A stretch of 64,000 bases of DNA from Pseudomonadota bacterium. GTDB lineage: Bacteria; Pseudomonadota; Gammaproteobacteria; Burkholderiales; Burkholderiaceae_E. Location of the stretch: positions 11,944-75,943 of the forward strand of contig JBDLQY010000157.1 of NCBI GenBank assembly GCA_039800325.1. Direction: 5' to 3'. The first letter of the stretch is position 1, and each line of letters starts with the position of its first letter. Of the stretch, positions 47,438 to 57,147 are shown one piece after another. A model generated the notes under the pieces. It was not told where the DNA came from, did no database searches, and worked only from the letters and a program-made list of their open reading frames with translations. The position numbers were made by a program, and so were the translations under genes.

Positions 47438-49000
47438 ATGCCGCTCGCGCTTCCTTCGGTGGTCCGCCGCCAGACCATTGCTGATGCATTACGCCGCACG
47501 GCGCTTCGTTTGCCCCAAAAGACAGCGATTGTTTGTGGTTCAACGCGTTGGACTTATACGCAGTTTGACGCGCTGGTTTCACGACTGGCTGCAGGCTTGG
47601 CGTCAATCGGCGTGCAAGAAGGCAATAAGGTTGCGATACTCGCTCGCAATTCGCATGGTTTTGCGGCGCTTCGATTTGCTCTCGCACGGTGCGGCGCGGT
47701 GATGGTACCGATCAACTTCATGCTAAAGGCTGAAGAAGTTGCCTACATTCTCCGACACGCGGGTGCGCAGACTCTGGCGACCGACAGCGGCCTTGCCGAT
47801 CTGGCCCGGGCTTCTGCAAAGCTCGATACGAAGGTCAAGCAGTTTATCTGGCTGCCTTCCGAAGACCCAAGTGAGCCGTCAGCTGACATGCACAATTTTT
47901 ATGAGCTTGCTGCTTGTACCCAGGCCTTACCTGAGCTGAAACTCGCGAGCGCAGATCTGGCACAGATCGTTTACACCAGTGGGACCGAGGCCAGCCCCAA
48001 GGGGGCGATGTTGACCCACGATGCAGTGCTCTGGCAGTACGTAAGCTGCGTGATTGACGCGGAAATCGCCGAAGCCGACGTCGCCCTGCACGCCTTACCT
48101 CTGTACCACTGCGCGCAACTTGACGTTTTTTTTGGCCCGGCAATTTATATGGGTAGCACTAACGTGATTACTGCAAAACCGGTGCCAGACAATTTGTTAC
48201 CGATGATCGAGCGGTTGGACATTACAAGTTTTTTTGCCCCGCCGACCGTATGGATTGCCCTGTTGCGCTCGCCCCTGTTTGACCCCGCCAAGCTCTCGCG
48301 ATTAGCAAAGGGCTACTACGGTGCTTCCATCATGCCAGTTGAAGTGATGAAAGAAATCGCGTCTCGTTTACCGACGCTTCGCTTGTGGAATCTCTACGGG
48401 CAAACCGAGATTGCGCCTCTCGCGACCATGCTGGGACCAGACGATCAGCTGCGCAAGCCCGGATCCTGCGGCAAGGCCGTACGTAACGTTGAGACTCGTG
48501 TGGTGAACGATCAGATGCAGGATGTCATGCCGGGTGAAATCGGTGAAATTGTGCATCGCTCTCCGCACCTAATGCAGGGTTACTTTCATGACGATGAGCG
48601 CACACTGGCCGCCTTTGAAGGCGGGTGGTTTCACAGCGGCGATCTGGCGACCATCGACGAGGACGGCTATATCACTGTGGTTGACCGTAAAAAGGACATG
48701 ATCAAGACGGGCGGTGAAAACGTTGCCAGCCGGGAGGTAGAGGAAATGATCTACCGTCTGCCCCAGGTGAGCGAAGTGGCTGTTATTGGCCTGCCCGACC
48801 CTAAATGGGTAGAGGCTGTTACTGCCGTGATTGTGGTCAAAGCAGGCCACGAGCTAGACGAACAGACGGTTATTTCGCATTGCACGCAGTACATGGCAAG
48901 CTTCAAGGCGCCCAAGCGCGTGGTATTCGCAGCCAGTCTGCCGAAGAATCCGAGTGGCAAGTTGTTGAAGCGTCAATTGCGGCAGAGTCTTGCGGGCTGA
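47438..49000 (+). CDS. AMP-dependent synthetase/ligase (acyl-CoA synthetase)
   Basis: 520 aa with the AMP-binding motif IVYTSGTEASPKGAM, and WFHSGDLATIDEDGY and DMIKTGGENV. Confidence 0.9.
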   Translation: MPLALPSVVRRQTIADALRRTALRLPQKTAIVCGSTRWTYTQFDALVSRLAAGLASIGVQEGNKVAILARNSHGFAALRFALARCGAVMVPINFMLKAEEVAYILRHAGAQTLATDSGLADLARASAKLDTKVKQFIWLPSEDPSEPSADMHNFYELAACTQALPELKLASADLAQIVYTSGTEASPKGAMLTHDAVLWQYVSCVIDAEIAEADVALHALPLYHCAQLDVFFGPAIYMGSTNVITAKPVPDNLLPMIERLDITSFFAPPTVWIALLRSPLFDPAKLSRLAKGYYGASIMPVEVMKEIASRLPTLRLWNLYGQTEIAPLATMLGPDDQLRKPGSCGKAVRNVETRVVNDQMQDVMPGEIGEIVHRSPHLMQGYFHDDERTLAAFEGGWFHSGDLATIDEDGYITVVDRKKDMIKTGGENVASREVEEMIYRLPQVSEVAVIGLPDPKWVEAVTAVIVVKAGHELDEQTVISHCTQYMASFKAPKRVVFAASLPKNPSGKLLKRQLRQSLAG

Positions 49001-49080
49001 TCCTGTCGCACGGTACCACCTGAATCATCGCGGTGCGGGAACCCTTGCTGGGTCAGTGCTTATCAGCTGTGTGGTCCTTG

Positions 49081-49725
49081 TTAAGCCTTCGACGGAAAAT
49101 GAGCTCGCGCCAGCGTTCTCATCTCAGCGTCGCTGCGTGCTGACTTACTGGCCAGGGCCCAGAGATCGAAGTAGGGAGCCTTGCCGCGCGCGAATGAGGC
49201 CACGGTGGCGAAGCCGCTGGCCTGCAGTGTCCCAACCAGAAGTTTTTGCGTAAAACCGCATCGGTGCGCCATGTAGAGGTTGCCTCGCGCCAGGTGCGGG
49301 CGATGGCCGTAAAGAATATCTAGCGGGGCAATCGGACCCGCGGGTGATTGATAGGCCGCTTCAGTCAGCTTGTCCTGCGCGACCAGGGCACAGACCGACT
49401 GCAGGTCAGGGCAGGTGATCACTACGAACCCATCCGGTACGAGCACGCGCAGAAATTCTGCAAGCGCGATGCCGACTTCGTGAGGGTAGAGATGCTCAAT
49501 GTTGTGACTTGAAAATATTGCATTGACGCTTTCGGCCGCCACAGCGCTCATATCCGTCATAGTTCCGATGACATCAGGGTCTACCGATGCGTCGATATCG
49601 AGCCGTAATTCGCGCCAGTCGGGGGTGTTGAAGCCTGGCGTGGTTCGGTTCTTGCGATTTTGCCCGCAACCGACGTGCAGTAAGGTCAGGGGAGGGCTTT
49701 CGAGGGAGTCGGTTGAGGATCGCAT
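49081..49725 (-). CDS. Class I SAM-dependent methyltransferase
   Basis: Motif I LLHVGCGQN and post-I/II segments (IFSSHNIEHL, LRVLVPDGFVVI). Confidence 0.7.
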   Translation of the reverse strand: MRSSTDSLESPPLTLLHVGCGQNRKNRTTPGFNTPDWRELRLDIDASVDPDVIGTMTDMSAVAAESVNAIFSSHNIEHLYPHEVGIALAEFLRVLVPDGFVVITCPDLQSVCALVAQDKLTEAAYQSPAGPIAPLDILYGHRPHLARGNLYMAHRCGFTQKLLVGTLQASGFATVASFARGKAPYFDLWALASKSARSDAEMRTLARAHFPSKA

Positions 49726-49911
49726 AGCCTGGTCAGATGGAGGTTAGCGGGGTTGGCGGGCGCCTGTGCCGGACCGGGATAGTCGGCGCGCCACGCTTGT
49801 ATTCTCCATCCTCTGCCCTCATACACGCGACGGAAGACCCGCGCTGGAGGGCGTTGAGCCGATTCGGATGGGTGTGTTTTTGCGTGAAAATCTGCCCTAG
49901 CGATGACAGGT

Positions 49912-51345
49912 CTAACTGTAGACGGGTTGAATCCTGGGGTCGTCTGGATCGGCGGACTTTGGGCTTCGATATTTAGAGGGCGTCTCTTCGCGCATGAGCA
50001 TCTCCAGCAGATTGGTTTTGCTAAGCTTTACGTTGTATAGCTTCGCAAATTGCTCAGCTTGCAAGTCCTTAGAGCCGTGCTCTCTGAGGTCAACCAGGAA
50101 AGTCTTTACGAGGTCTGTGCTTGCAAAGCCGAATTTCGCGGAGAGCGTCTGAGCGAATCCCCAGGCGAAGTAGAAGATCTGGTCGTCGTTTGGCGTCCCG
50201 AAAGGTAGCAATATGAGTTCGCGCAGGTTGCGGTAGTTGCCTTCCTGGAGGAGGGTCTGCAGAGACTCTCCGCGTAGTTCGCCATTGGTACCTGGGCGAT
50301 TGCTCAACTCAAGCTCTACGCGCATACCGTCGCGTTCGAAGACGGCCTTGAAGGTGGGAAATTCGCCCGAGGTTTTGCCCCCGATGATTTCCTTGAAACA
50401 TTTCGAGCCGAACAGTTCATCATCAAGATGGGCTCTGATATACGTCCGCGTGTCTGCGTTATCAGAGACGGTCGCAAGACTCTGCTTCACGAACTCATCA
50501 GACGATCGACTGGCGATTTCTTCGACAGAGTCCTTAAATTGCTTTGATGTGATGGTCGAGTCACCGACTGCATCAAGGGTTTCACGAGCCCTCTCAAATC
50601 GGGCAAGCGTCTCAGTGCGTTCAGCGTCCTCAGGCCAGACCAGTGCGAGCAGATGGCTGTCGCCGACTTCCATCTCTTCTAGCCGGCGCAGTACAGGATT
50701 GCCATCGTTTCGCAGTTCGATCACTCGCCTTAGGGCGGCTGACTCAGCGGTCTCGTTGTCTCCGACCTCTACGAAGCGGGCAAAAGCCTCCCGCAGCCCG
50801 CCCAGGAAGACCTGGATGTGCTCTGTGAGTCGATCGGGCAACAACGCGTTGTCAGCTTGATGAGCCAAAGCGTCTTGGGTGGTCTTGATCAGCGTATCGG
50901 TGAGTTCGTAAACGGCCTGATGATGCTTAAAGTCGATGCTGGATTGATGAGGCGAAGGGTCGTTCAGGTCTTCAGAGCGATAAAGCGGGGTCCCTGCGAT
51001 GCTGAGCGAGAACGACCAGGTGCTTTGCCCTTCTGAGATGCCGCCGGTGACCTGAATTACAAATTGGTCCTCGCGATCATCGGCGATCAATGACTTTAAA
51101 CGCTCGAATCGATGCAGCAACGTGATCGGCTGGGTCTCGTGCTGCTGCGGATCAGCGACCGACATATACAGGCTACGAATGGCTTCCGCCTTTACGCCGT
51201 CCGCTCGCCAGTCCTTGATACGGTCCCATAGCCCCATACGTTGGGCTTCATTGAGCGTCTGGGCTGTGAGGACCTTTTGCAGGCGTGATTCGTTGAAGGT
51301 GTAAGTCTGAGCGCCAGTGCGGTCAAGTTTCAGTTCAGTCGCCAT
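49912..51345 (-). CDS. Hypothetical protein (477 aa), no recognisable domain
   Basis: ATG at 51345 (MATELKLDRTGAQTYTFNESRL...). Hydrophilic with no signal peptide or TM segment, and lower GC by eye. Confidence 0.6.
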   Translation of the reverse strand: MATELKLDRTGAQTYTFNESRLQKVLTAQTLNEAQRMGLWDRIKDWRADGVKAEAIRSLYMSVADPQQHETQPITLLHRFERLKSLIADDREDQFVIQVTGGISEGQSTWSFSLSIAGTPLYRSEDLNDPSPHQSSIDFKHHQAVYELTDTLIKTTQDALAHQADNALLPDRLTEHIQVFLGGLREAFARFVEVGDNETAESAALRRVIELRNDGNPVLRRLEEMEVGDSHLLALVWPEDAERTETLARFERARETLDAVGDSTITSKQFKDSVEEIASRSSDEFVKQSLATVSDNADTRTYIRAHLDDELFGSKCFKEIIGGKTSGEFPTFKAVFERDGMRVELELSNRPGTNGELRGESLQTLLQEGNYRNLRELILLPFGTPNDDQIFYFAWGFAQTLSAKFGFASTDLVKTFLVDLREHGSKDLQAEQFAKLYNVKLSKTNLLEMLMREETPSKYRSPKSADPDDPRIQPVYS

Positions 51346-51487
51346 GGTTTTGCGCCGTTCGAGTACTTTGCAGAATGTGGATGATGGGCAGAGAATTCGC
51401 GGCAATCAAGTCTTTTCGCAAGAGCTTTAAGATGCGTCTGTGATGGATTTTATGCTCGCGGTCACTGCCCATCGGCAAGGAGATATC

Positions 51488-52888
51488 GTGGATCTGACTC
51501 AATTCACTGCCCATGAGCTGTTGCGGCTTTATCGGACGGGTGCGGCTTCTCCTGTGGAGACCACCCAGGCTGTTTTATCGGCGATTGCCCGACATAACCC
51601 GCAGCTGCGCGCCTTCTGCCTTGTCGACGACGAGGCAGCCCTCGCCAATGCGCGAGCCAGCGAATCGCGCTGGATGGCGTATCGACATCAGGGCGGGGCA
51701 GTCGGGGCTTTGGAGGGTGTGCCCGCCTCTATTAAAGACCTGATCCTCACGCGTGGCTGGCCCACGCTGCGTGGTAGTCGCGGTATTGCGCCAAACCAGA
51801 CCTGGGATGTTGATGCACCAGCCACAGCACGCCTGCGCGAGGCTGGCGCGGTGCTGCTGGGCAAGACCTCGACACCGGAGTACGGTTGCAAGGGTGAAAC
51901 CAATTCGCCACTCACGGGTTTAACCCGTAACCCCTGGAATCTTGACCACAGTCCAGGCGGTTCGTCGGGTGGTGCAGCCGCAGCGGTCGCAGCGGGTCTG
52001 GGTCCCCTGGCGGTCGGCACTGATGGTGCAGGCAGCGTGCGCATTCCCGCCGCTTTCTGTGGCAATGTGGGCATGAAGCCCAGCTTTGGACGGGTGCCTG
52101 CTTATCCGCTTTCGCCGTTTGGGTCTGTGGCGCATCTGGGGCCGCATACCCTCAGCGTGATCGATGCAGCGCTGATGCTCAACGTGCTCAAGCAACCCGA
52201 TGCGCGCGACTGGACCTCACTACCGCCTGACCCCACTGACTACACCCTGGGTCTCGAAGATGGAATTCGCGGCATGCGCATCGCCTACTCGCCCACGCTT
52301 GGCTATGCGCGCCATGTGCATCCGGAGATCGCAGCAGCCCTTGACCGGGTCGCGCAGACTTTGCACGAGTTGGGCGCACAGGTCGAAACGATTGACCCGG
52401 GTATTGACGACCCGCTTGAGATTTCCACGGGGCTCTGGTTTGCAACGTCCTGGCAGATCTGGCGGGCGCTTACCCCCGAGCAGCAGGCAGTCGCCGATCC
52501 CGACTTTAAGGCGCAGGCGCTTCAGGGCGAACGTCTGGATGCCAATGCGCTGCACGTACTGAATCAGCGCCGCGGTCAGCTGGGCTCGCATCTGCGTCAG
52601 TTCATGACGCGTTTTGATGTGTTGCTGACGCCCAGCGTTGCCGTGCCGGCTTTCCCAGTGCGCACGCCGGCGTCCGAGCCCATGACACCCCAATCGATGC
52701 TGGGCTGGACGCCCTTTAGTTACCCCTTTAACCTCAGCCAGCAGCCTGCCATTACTGTGCCCTGTGGTCTGACCGTCTCGGGTCTTCCTATGGGTATGCA
52801 GTTGGTTGGCCCCATGTTTGGTGATGCCCTGGTGTTGCGGGTTGCTCGGGCCTATGAAGCGACTCGACCCACCGCGCGTCCTGTCTGA
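51488..52888 (+). CDS. Amidase (amidase signature family)
   Basis: GTG at 51488 is preceded by AAGGAGA at 5-nt spacing; the track start at 51440 is possible. Contains the AS signature GGSSGGAAAAVAAG and DGAGSVRIPAAFCG. Confidence 0.9.
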   Translation: MDLTQFTAHELLRLYRTGAASPVETTQAVLSAIARHNPQLRAFCLVDDEAALANARASESRWMAYRHQGGAVGALEGVPASIKDLILTRGWPTLRGSRGIAPNQTWDVDAPATARLREAGAVLLGKTSTPEYGCKGETNSPLTGLTRNPWNLDHSPGGSSGGAAAAVAAGLGPLAVGTDGAGSVRIPAAFCGNVGMKPSFGRVPAYPLSPFGSVAHLGPHTLSVIDAALMLNVLKQPDARDWTSLPPDPTDYTLGLEDGIRGMRIAYSPTLGYARHVHPEIAAALDRVAQTLHELGAQVETIDPGIDDPLEISTGLWFATSWQIWRALTPEQQAVADPDFKAQALQGERLDANALHVLNQRRGQLGSHLRQFMTRFDVLLTPSVAVPAFPVRTPASEPMTPQSMLGWTPFSYPFNLSQQPAITVPCGLTVSGLPMGMQLVGPMFGDALVLRVARAYEATRPTARPV

Positions 52889-52945
52889 ATTGCGCTAACC
52901 CCCTGGCAATCTGTCAAGCGGTCGCTGAAAAGGAATTTTTGAATC

Positions 52946-54274
52946 ATGACACGGTTGAAAACGAAGCTTTTAACGGCTATGGCCTTGTGCGCCGGCACCG
53001 GGCACATCTTGCCGGTTCAGGCCCAGGCACAAATGCAGGTACAGACTCAGGCTCAAACCCATGCTCCGGCGTCTGCGATACCAGCCTCGGCCCCAGCTGC
53101 CGCACCGGCTGATCGATCGCTACCCAGGGTTTTCTCGGCTGAGCTCATTGGTACTTACAGCCAAGAGCGTTTGACTCAAATTGGTCAGGGTGAGTTGCAG
53201 GCCTTTCTCACGGGCTCTCCCATGGGTTATGAGCACTTCAAGGGCAAGTTTGCCACGCCGGTGAATGCGCTCAAGTTGTACCGGCTGCGTTATCTGTCCG
53301 TGGTGCCCGAAATGGGTAACCGTTCAGTGGTGGCATCGGGTCTGGTGGCGATTCCCGATACGGCTGCGACCACTCTGCCTGTGATTTCCTACCAGCACGG
53401 CACCGTCTTCGAAAAAGACAGCGTGCCCTCGCGGCCTGATCAATCCCTGGAAACGCGTTTAATCCTGTCGCAGTTTGGTGGCCAGGGCTATGCGGTGATT
53501 GCAGCCGATTACTTTGGGCTGGGCGACTCAGCGCTTCCCAACTCATATTTCGCGCGCGACAGTATTGAGCAGTCAACGTTTGATCTGTATGTCGCTGCGA
53601 TGAAGTTTCTTGAACAGCAGGGCAAGCGCCCACGGGCTCTGGCTACGATGGGTTGGTCGCAGGGTGGTTACAGCAACATGATTCTGTTGCGTAAGCTTGA
53701 ACGCGAGGGCATTCCCGTTGCGGCATCGGTCACGGCTGCAGGTGCAGTCGATATTGGCCTGTTCGTATTGCGCGGCCTGACCAATCCGCGGCCCAACGAG
53801 GCGAGCTTTAGGGCTGCAGCCTTGTCCAATATGCTGTTTGCCCTGGAAAGCTATCGCGGCATGGCGGGCATGACACGTGATGCATTGCGGCCCGAGTTTT
53901 ATCCGACCGCCAAGGCTTTTTTTGATTTCAAGATTGACTTCGCAGAGTTTCTTAAACGCGTACCGATTGACCCGCGCGACATGATGCGGCCGGAATTCAT
54001 CGAGCAGATGACGCTGGGTCGCGGCGCCTTTGTTCAAATGCTCGATGAATCGGCCTCTTATCGTTGGCTAAGCCGTACGCCACTTCGAGCCTATTCGGGT
54101 GAAGTTGACGAGGCCGTACCCGACTTTGTCGCCCGTCTGGCGGTTGATTATCAGATGGTGTTAGGAAAGCGAAATGGCGAGGCCTTTAGCGCCGGGCCCA
54201 AGGCCGATCATCGTGCCACCTATGTGCATGCGCTGATTCACGCCAAACCCTGGGTGGATGAGCGTACCCGCTGA
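52946..54274 (+). CDS. Secreted alpha/beta hydrolase (lipase/esterase-like)
   Basis: Signal peptide followed by a low-complexity QAQAQMQVQTQAQT linker. The nucleophile elbow is GWSQGG. Confidence 0.65.
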   Translation: MTRLKTKLLTAMALCAGTGHILPVQAQAQMQVQTQAQTHAPASAIPASAPAAAPADRSLPRVFSAELIGTYSQERLTQIGQGELQAFLTGSPMGYEHFKGKFATPVNALKLYRLRYLSVVPEMGNRSVVASGLVAIPDTAATTLPVISYQHGTVFEKDSVPSRPDQSLETRLILSQFGGQGYAVIAADYFGLGDSALPNSYFARDSIEQSTFDLYVAAMKFLEQQGKRPRALATMGWSQGGYSNMILLRKLEREGIPVAASVTAAGAVDIGLFVLRGLTNPRPNEASFRAAALSNMLFALESYRGMAGMTRDALRPEFYPTAKAFFDFKIDFAEFLKRVPIDPRDMMRPEFIEQMTLGRGAFVQMLDESASYRWLSRTPLRAYSGEVDEAVPDFVARLAVDYQMVLGKRNGEAFSAGPKADHRATYVHALIHAKPWVDERTR

Positions 54275-54353
54275 CACTTCGCCTGCGTGGCTACGCGTTG
54301 CCCCTCAGTAAGGGCACTGCAAAGTGATTGAAGGGTGACTTTGACCGACAAAC

Positions 54354-54962
54354 TCAGTCGCTTGCTATCTCTTGGGGGCTCACGCGGGCACCCTTGGTAA
54401 ATCGGTACAGCCGCAAGCCGCTGCCCGTGGCGCGATCAAACTCCATGGCGGCGGCCAGTCCGATACGCGCGATCGATGCGGCTGACGGTTCAGGCTTGGC
54501 GCCCTGGCAGACCGCATACATCGCCCCCAAAGCGTAGGGGCGCCCTGAGCCATTCGCCCAGAAGCGCTCGAAGCTCAGTACTTCGCGGTGCGTGTACACA
54601 CCAAAAATTCCGCTGCCGTTAGCGACCATCACCGACATATGGTTGCCCTCATAGGCATCATCAGGCTGCTTTTTGGGGTTGAGAAAGAAATCATCCTTAA
54701 GTCGCTTGTGAACCCGGGTGAAGGTCTCAAAAATTTCGTCCACGCCCCACAGTCGACAATCGTCGCCCAGGTCGCGAAGTACTTTGATCAACGGAACAAA
54801 GTGAGCGGCGGTACCGGTCATGCCTACGCATGAGTCACCCACGACGGCTATCTTGGGGTTGTTACCGTAGTGCTGCGCAAGCTTGACCTCGCCTTGCATG
54901 AGTAAAGTATCCGATCCGATGACGACCTCTGACTGACTGACCACGCCGACCACCGTTGACAT
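54354..54962 (-). CDS. Proteasome-type Ntn hydrolase (BPH-like betaproteobacterial proteasome homologue, tentative)
   Basis: 202 aa. MSTVVGVV places a Thr near the N-terminus, as in proteasome beta/HslV nucleophiles. Also SDTL, GMTGTAA and a GSG motif (WANGSGRPYALGA). Confidence 0.55.
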   Translation of the reverse strand: MSTVVGVVSQSEVVIGSDTLLMQGEVKLAQHYGNNPKIAVVGDSCVGMTGTAAHFVPLIKVLRDLGDDCRLWGVDEIFETFTRVHKRLKDDFFLNPKKQPDDAYEGNHMSVMVANGSGIFGVYTHREVLSFERFWANGSGRPYALGAMYAVCQGAKPEPSAASIARIGLAAAMEFDRATGSGLRLYRFTKGARVSPQEIASD

Positions 54963-55053
54963 GCCTTGTCCCCTCTATGTCGCGATAAGGAATCATAGCC
55001 GGCCCCCGGGTTGGACCCTATACTTGGCCTAACCAAAAACCAGGTGCTGTGCC

Positions 55054-56703
55054 ATGAGACCGGCTGGTCGATCTGAACTCGACTCCCTTTATTTTGCATA
55101 TCCCCATTTTGCGGCGCCGGTGCAGCGCGATAACTTGTCGCGACCTGTGCGGGTGCTCATCGTCGGCGCCGGGCCGATAGGCCTCACAGCCGCGTTGGCT
55201 CTGGCGCGTTACGGTATAGGCTCGGTGTTGCTTGAGGCTAAAGCGAGCTTCAATGATGGCAGCCGCGCCATCTGTATAGCCCGGCAGAGTTTTCATATTT
55301 TCGAAGCCATCGGTGCTGTTGAGCCCTTCATGCGCAAGGCTTTGCCCTATCTGTCCGGGCGTTCGTTTTTTCGTGGCAAACAGATTCTTCAATTCATGAT
55401 GCCCGATAGCTCCGACCAGAAATATCGGCCCATGTACAACCTCCAGCAGCAATTCACCGAGCAGTTTCTGTATGAAGCGGTTGCGCGCGAGCCCCTGATT
55501 GAGGTGCGCTGGCAGTCGCGCGTGAGCTCGGTAATGCAGGACAAGCAGGCAGTGCGCGTGCGGATCGAAGACGCCGCGGGCGACTACGAGCTTGCCACTG
55601 AATGGCTGCTTGCGGCTGACGGGGCGAGAAGCACGGTACGCAATCTGCGCGGTCTGCGCCTGCGCGGTGAAAACTTTGAAGGCCGCTATGTGATTGCGGA
55701 TATTCGTATGCATCGGCAAGAGCAGGGCTCGCATCGCCCCGTTGAGCGGCTTGCTATGTTTGAGCCTGCCAGCCGACCCAACGGAACCGTGCTTGTTCAC
55801 GAGCAGCCTGAGCACATCTGGCGTATTGATTATCAGCTGAGCGCGGATGAGTCCGAAGAAGAAGCGCTCAAGGAACCGTCTATTCGCAAGGCGGTGGCGG
55901 GAGTGCTGTCAGATCTGGGCTGGAATCACTCCTGGGATCTTGAGTGGTGGAGTATTTACTCAGCCAATACGCTGGCCTTAAATGATTATCGCGATGGCCG
56001 AATTTTCTACATTGGCGATAGCGCGCATGTTGTGCCCATCTTTGGCGTGCGCGGGCTCAATAACGGACTGGCAGATGCCCAGAATATCGCCTGGAAGCTG
56101 GCGGGCGTCCTGAATGGGCATGCAGCCCCCGACATTCTCAATAGCTATTCGCCTGAGCGACGCGGCGCCACCGTGGATGTTTTCGCAAACGCGAGTAAAT
56201 CTTCGCGTTTTATGACGCCACAGACGCGCGGCGGTGCCCTGATGCGCGACGCCGCGCTTTTACTGGCTTTGCGGCATCCGTTTGCCGGAGAGTTCGCCAA
56301 TCCGCGCAATATGACGCCGTACACCTACGCTGACAGCGCCCTCGTCACGCCCGATTCCGATACCTGGGCCTCGGGCGCGAGACCCGGTGCAGTGGCCGGT
56401 AATGTCAGACTCGAAACAGGTTTTCTTTCCGATACGTTTGGGCCTGACTTCACGCTGTTGTGCTTCGGGCATGTGCCCGGCGTCACGTCTCAGGCGCGGC
56501 TGAGTGTTCTGAGCTTTCCTGCCGACGGGGCGGTGGCCCGGACTTACGGTGCGACGGATGGCACCGCTTATCTCATTCGACCTGATATGCATGTGGCCGC
56601 TCGATGGCGCCGTGCACAGCCTGAGATCATCCAGGCGGCGCTGATGCGAGCCTGGGGCCATGGTGTTCCACAGACTGCACCCCACGCAGGAGCACTTTCA
56701 TGA
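55054..56703 (+). CDS. FAD-dependent aromatic-ring monooxygenase (MhpA/PheA-like)
   Basis: VLIVGAGPIGLTAALALARYG (GxGxxG), LLAADGARSTVR (DG motif) and IGDSAHVVPIFGVRGLNNGLADA (GD motif). Confidence 0.85.
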   Translation: MRPAGRSELDSLYFAYPHFAAPVQRDNLSRPVRVLIVGAGPIGLTAALALARYGIGSVLLEAKASFNDGSRAICIARQSFHIFEAIGAVEPFMRKALPYLSGRSFFRGKQILQFMMPDSSDQKYRPMYNLQQQFTEQFLYEAVAREPLIEVRWQSRVSSVMQDKQAVRVRIEDAAGDYELATEWLLAADGARSTVRNLRGLRLRGENFEGRYVIADIRMHRQEQGSHRPVERLAMFEPASRPNGTVLVHEQPEHIWRIDYQLSADESEEEALKEPSIRKAVAGVLSDLGWNHSWDLEWWSIYSANTLALNDYRDGRIFYIGDSAHVVPIFGVRGLNNGLADAQNIAWKLAGVLNGHAAPDILNSYSPERRGATVDVFANASKSSRFMTPQTRGGALMRDAALLLALRHPFAGEFANPRNMTPYTYADSALVTPDSDTWASGARPGAVAGNVRLETGFLSDTFGPDFTLLCFGHVPGVTSQARLSVLSFPADGAVARTYGATDGTAYLIRPDMHVAARWRRAQPEIIQAALMRAWGHGVPQTAPHAGALS

Positions 56704-56882
56704 GCGCCACCATTCCTGCTGATCTTGAGGGCTTCTATTCGGCCTTGTCTGAGGCGATTGATACGGTAGGGCCGCAGCGTGAGGCGCTGATGCTGGCCAA
56801 GCTAGCCCTGCTGCTGGCCCACGAGCTGGGTGATGGTGCGCGTGCAAAGGCTTTGATCACAGAGGCTTGCGCGGATCTGTAG
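56700..56882 (+). CDS. DUF2783-like small protein
   Basis: 60 aa with an ATGA overlap with the monooxygenase stop. LMLAKLALLLAHELGD is typical of the small partner found after this monooxygenase class. Confidence 0.55.
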   Translation: MSATIPADLEGFYSALSEAIDTVGPQREALMLAKLALLLAHELGDGARAKALITEACADL

Positions 56883-57147
56883 CGCACCGAAAATCGAGGC
56901 TTGCCGGATTTGAGTCGGCAGGCCTTAATCGCGAAGAGATCACCTATGTGTTCTTCGAGCGCCCGGTTGAAGAGCTGCGAAAGTTTTCCAACGTCGGTGA
57001 GGCCCTGGAAAAGTCACCCGCCACCATGCGCGAAGCCGATAGCACCATCCCAAAGATTGAGGGTTCAGCATTTATCGACGTAAGTTTCTCGCTGCCGCGG
57101 CGCGCGCTTGCCGATATGCAGAATGCGCCGGTCAAGCGCGGGAAGTT

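Noticed and set aside
50237-50860. 207-aa plus-strand ORF
   Set aside because: It lies antisense to the longer 477-aa ORF. It is Ser/Arg-rich with low complexity. The minus-strand frame has the more protein-like composition.
51396-51419. PIP/hrpII-box-like direct repeat TTCGC-N14-TTCGC in the intergenic region between the 477-aa orphan gene and the amidase gene
   Set aside because: The spacing is 14 nt, not the canonical 15. Its orientation points toward the amidase gene rather than the effector-like gene. No comparable box was found upstream of the two chaperone-effector modules (43947-44009, 44955-45073).
55018-55815. 265-aa minus-strand ORF
   Set aside because: It lies antisense to the FAD monooxygenase, whose GxGxxG, DG and GD motifs are all in the plus frame.
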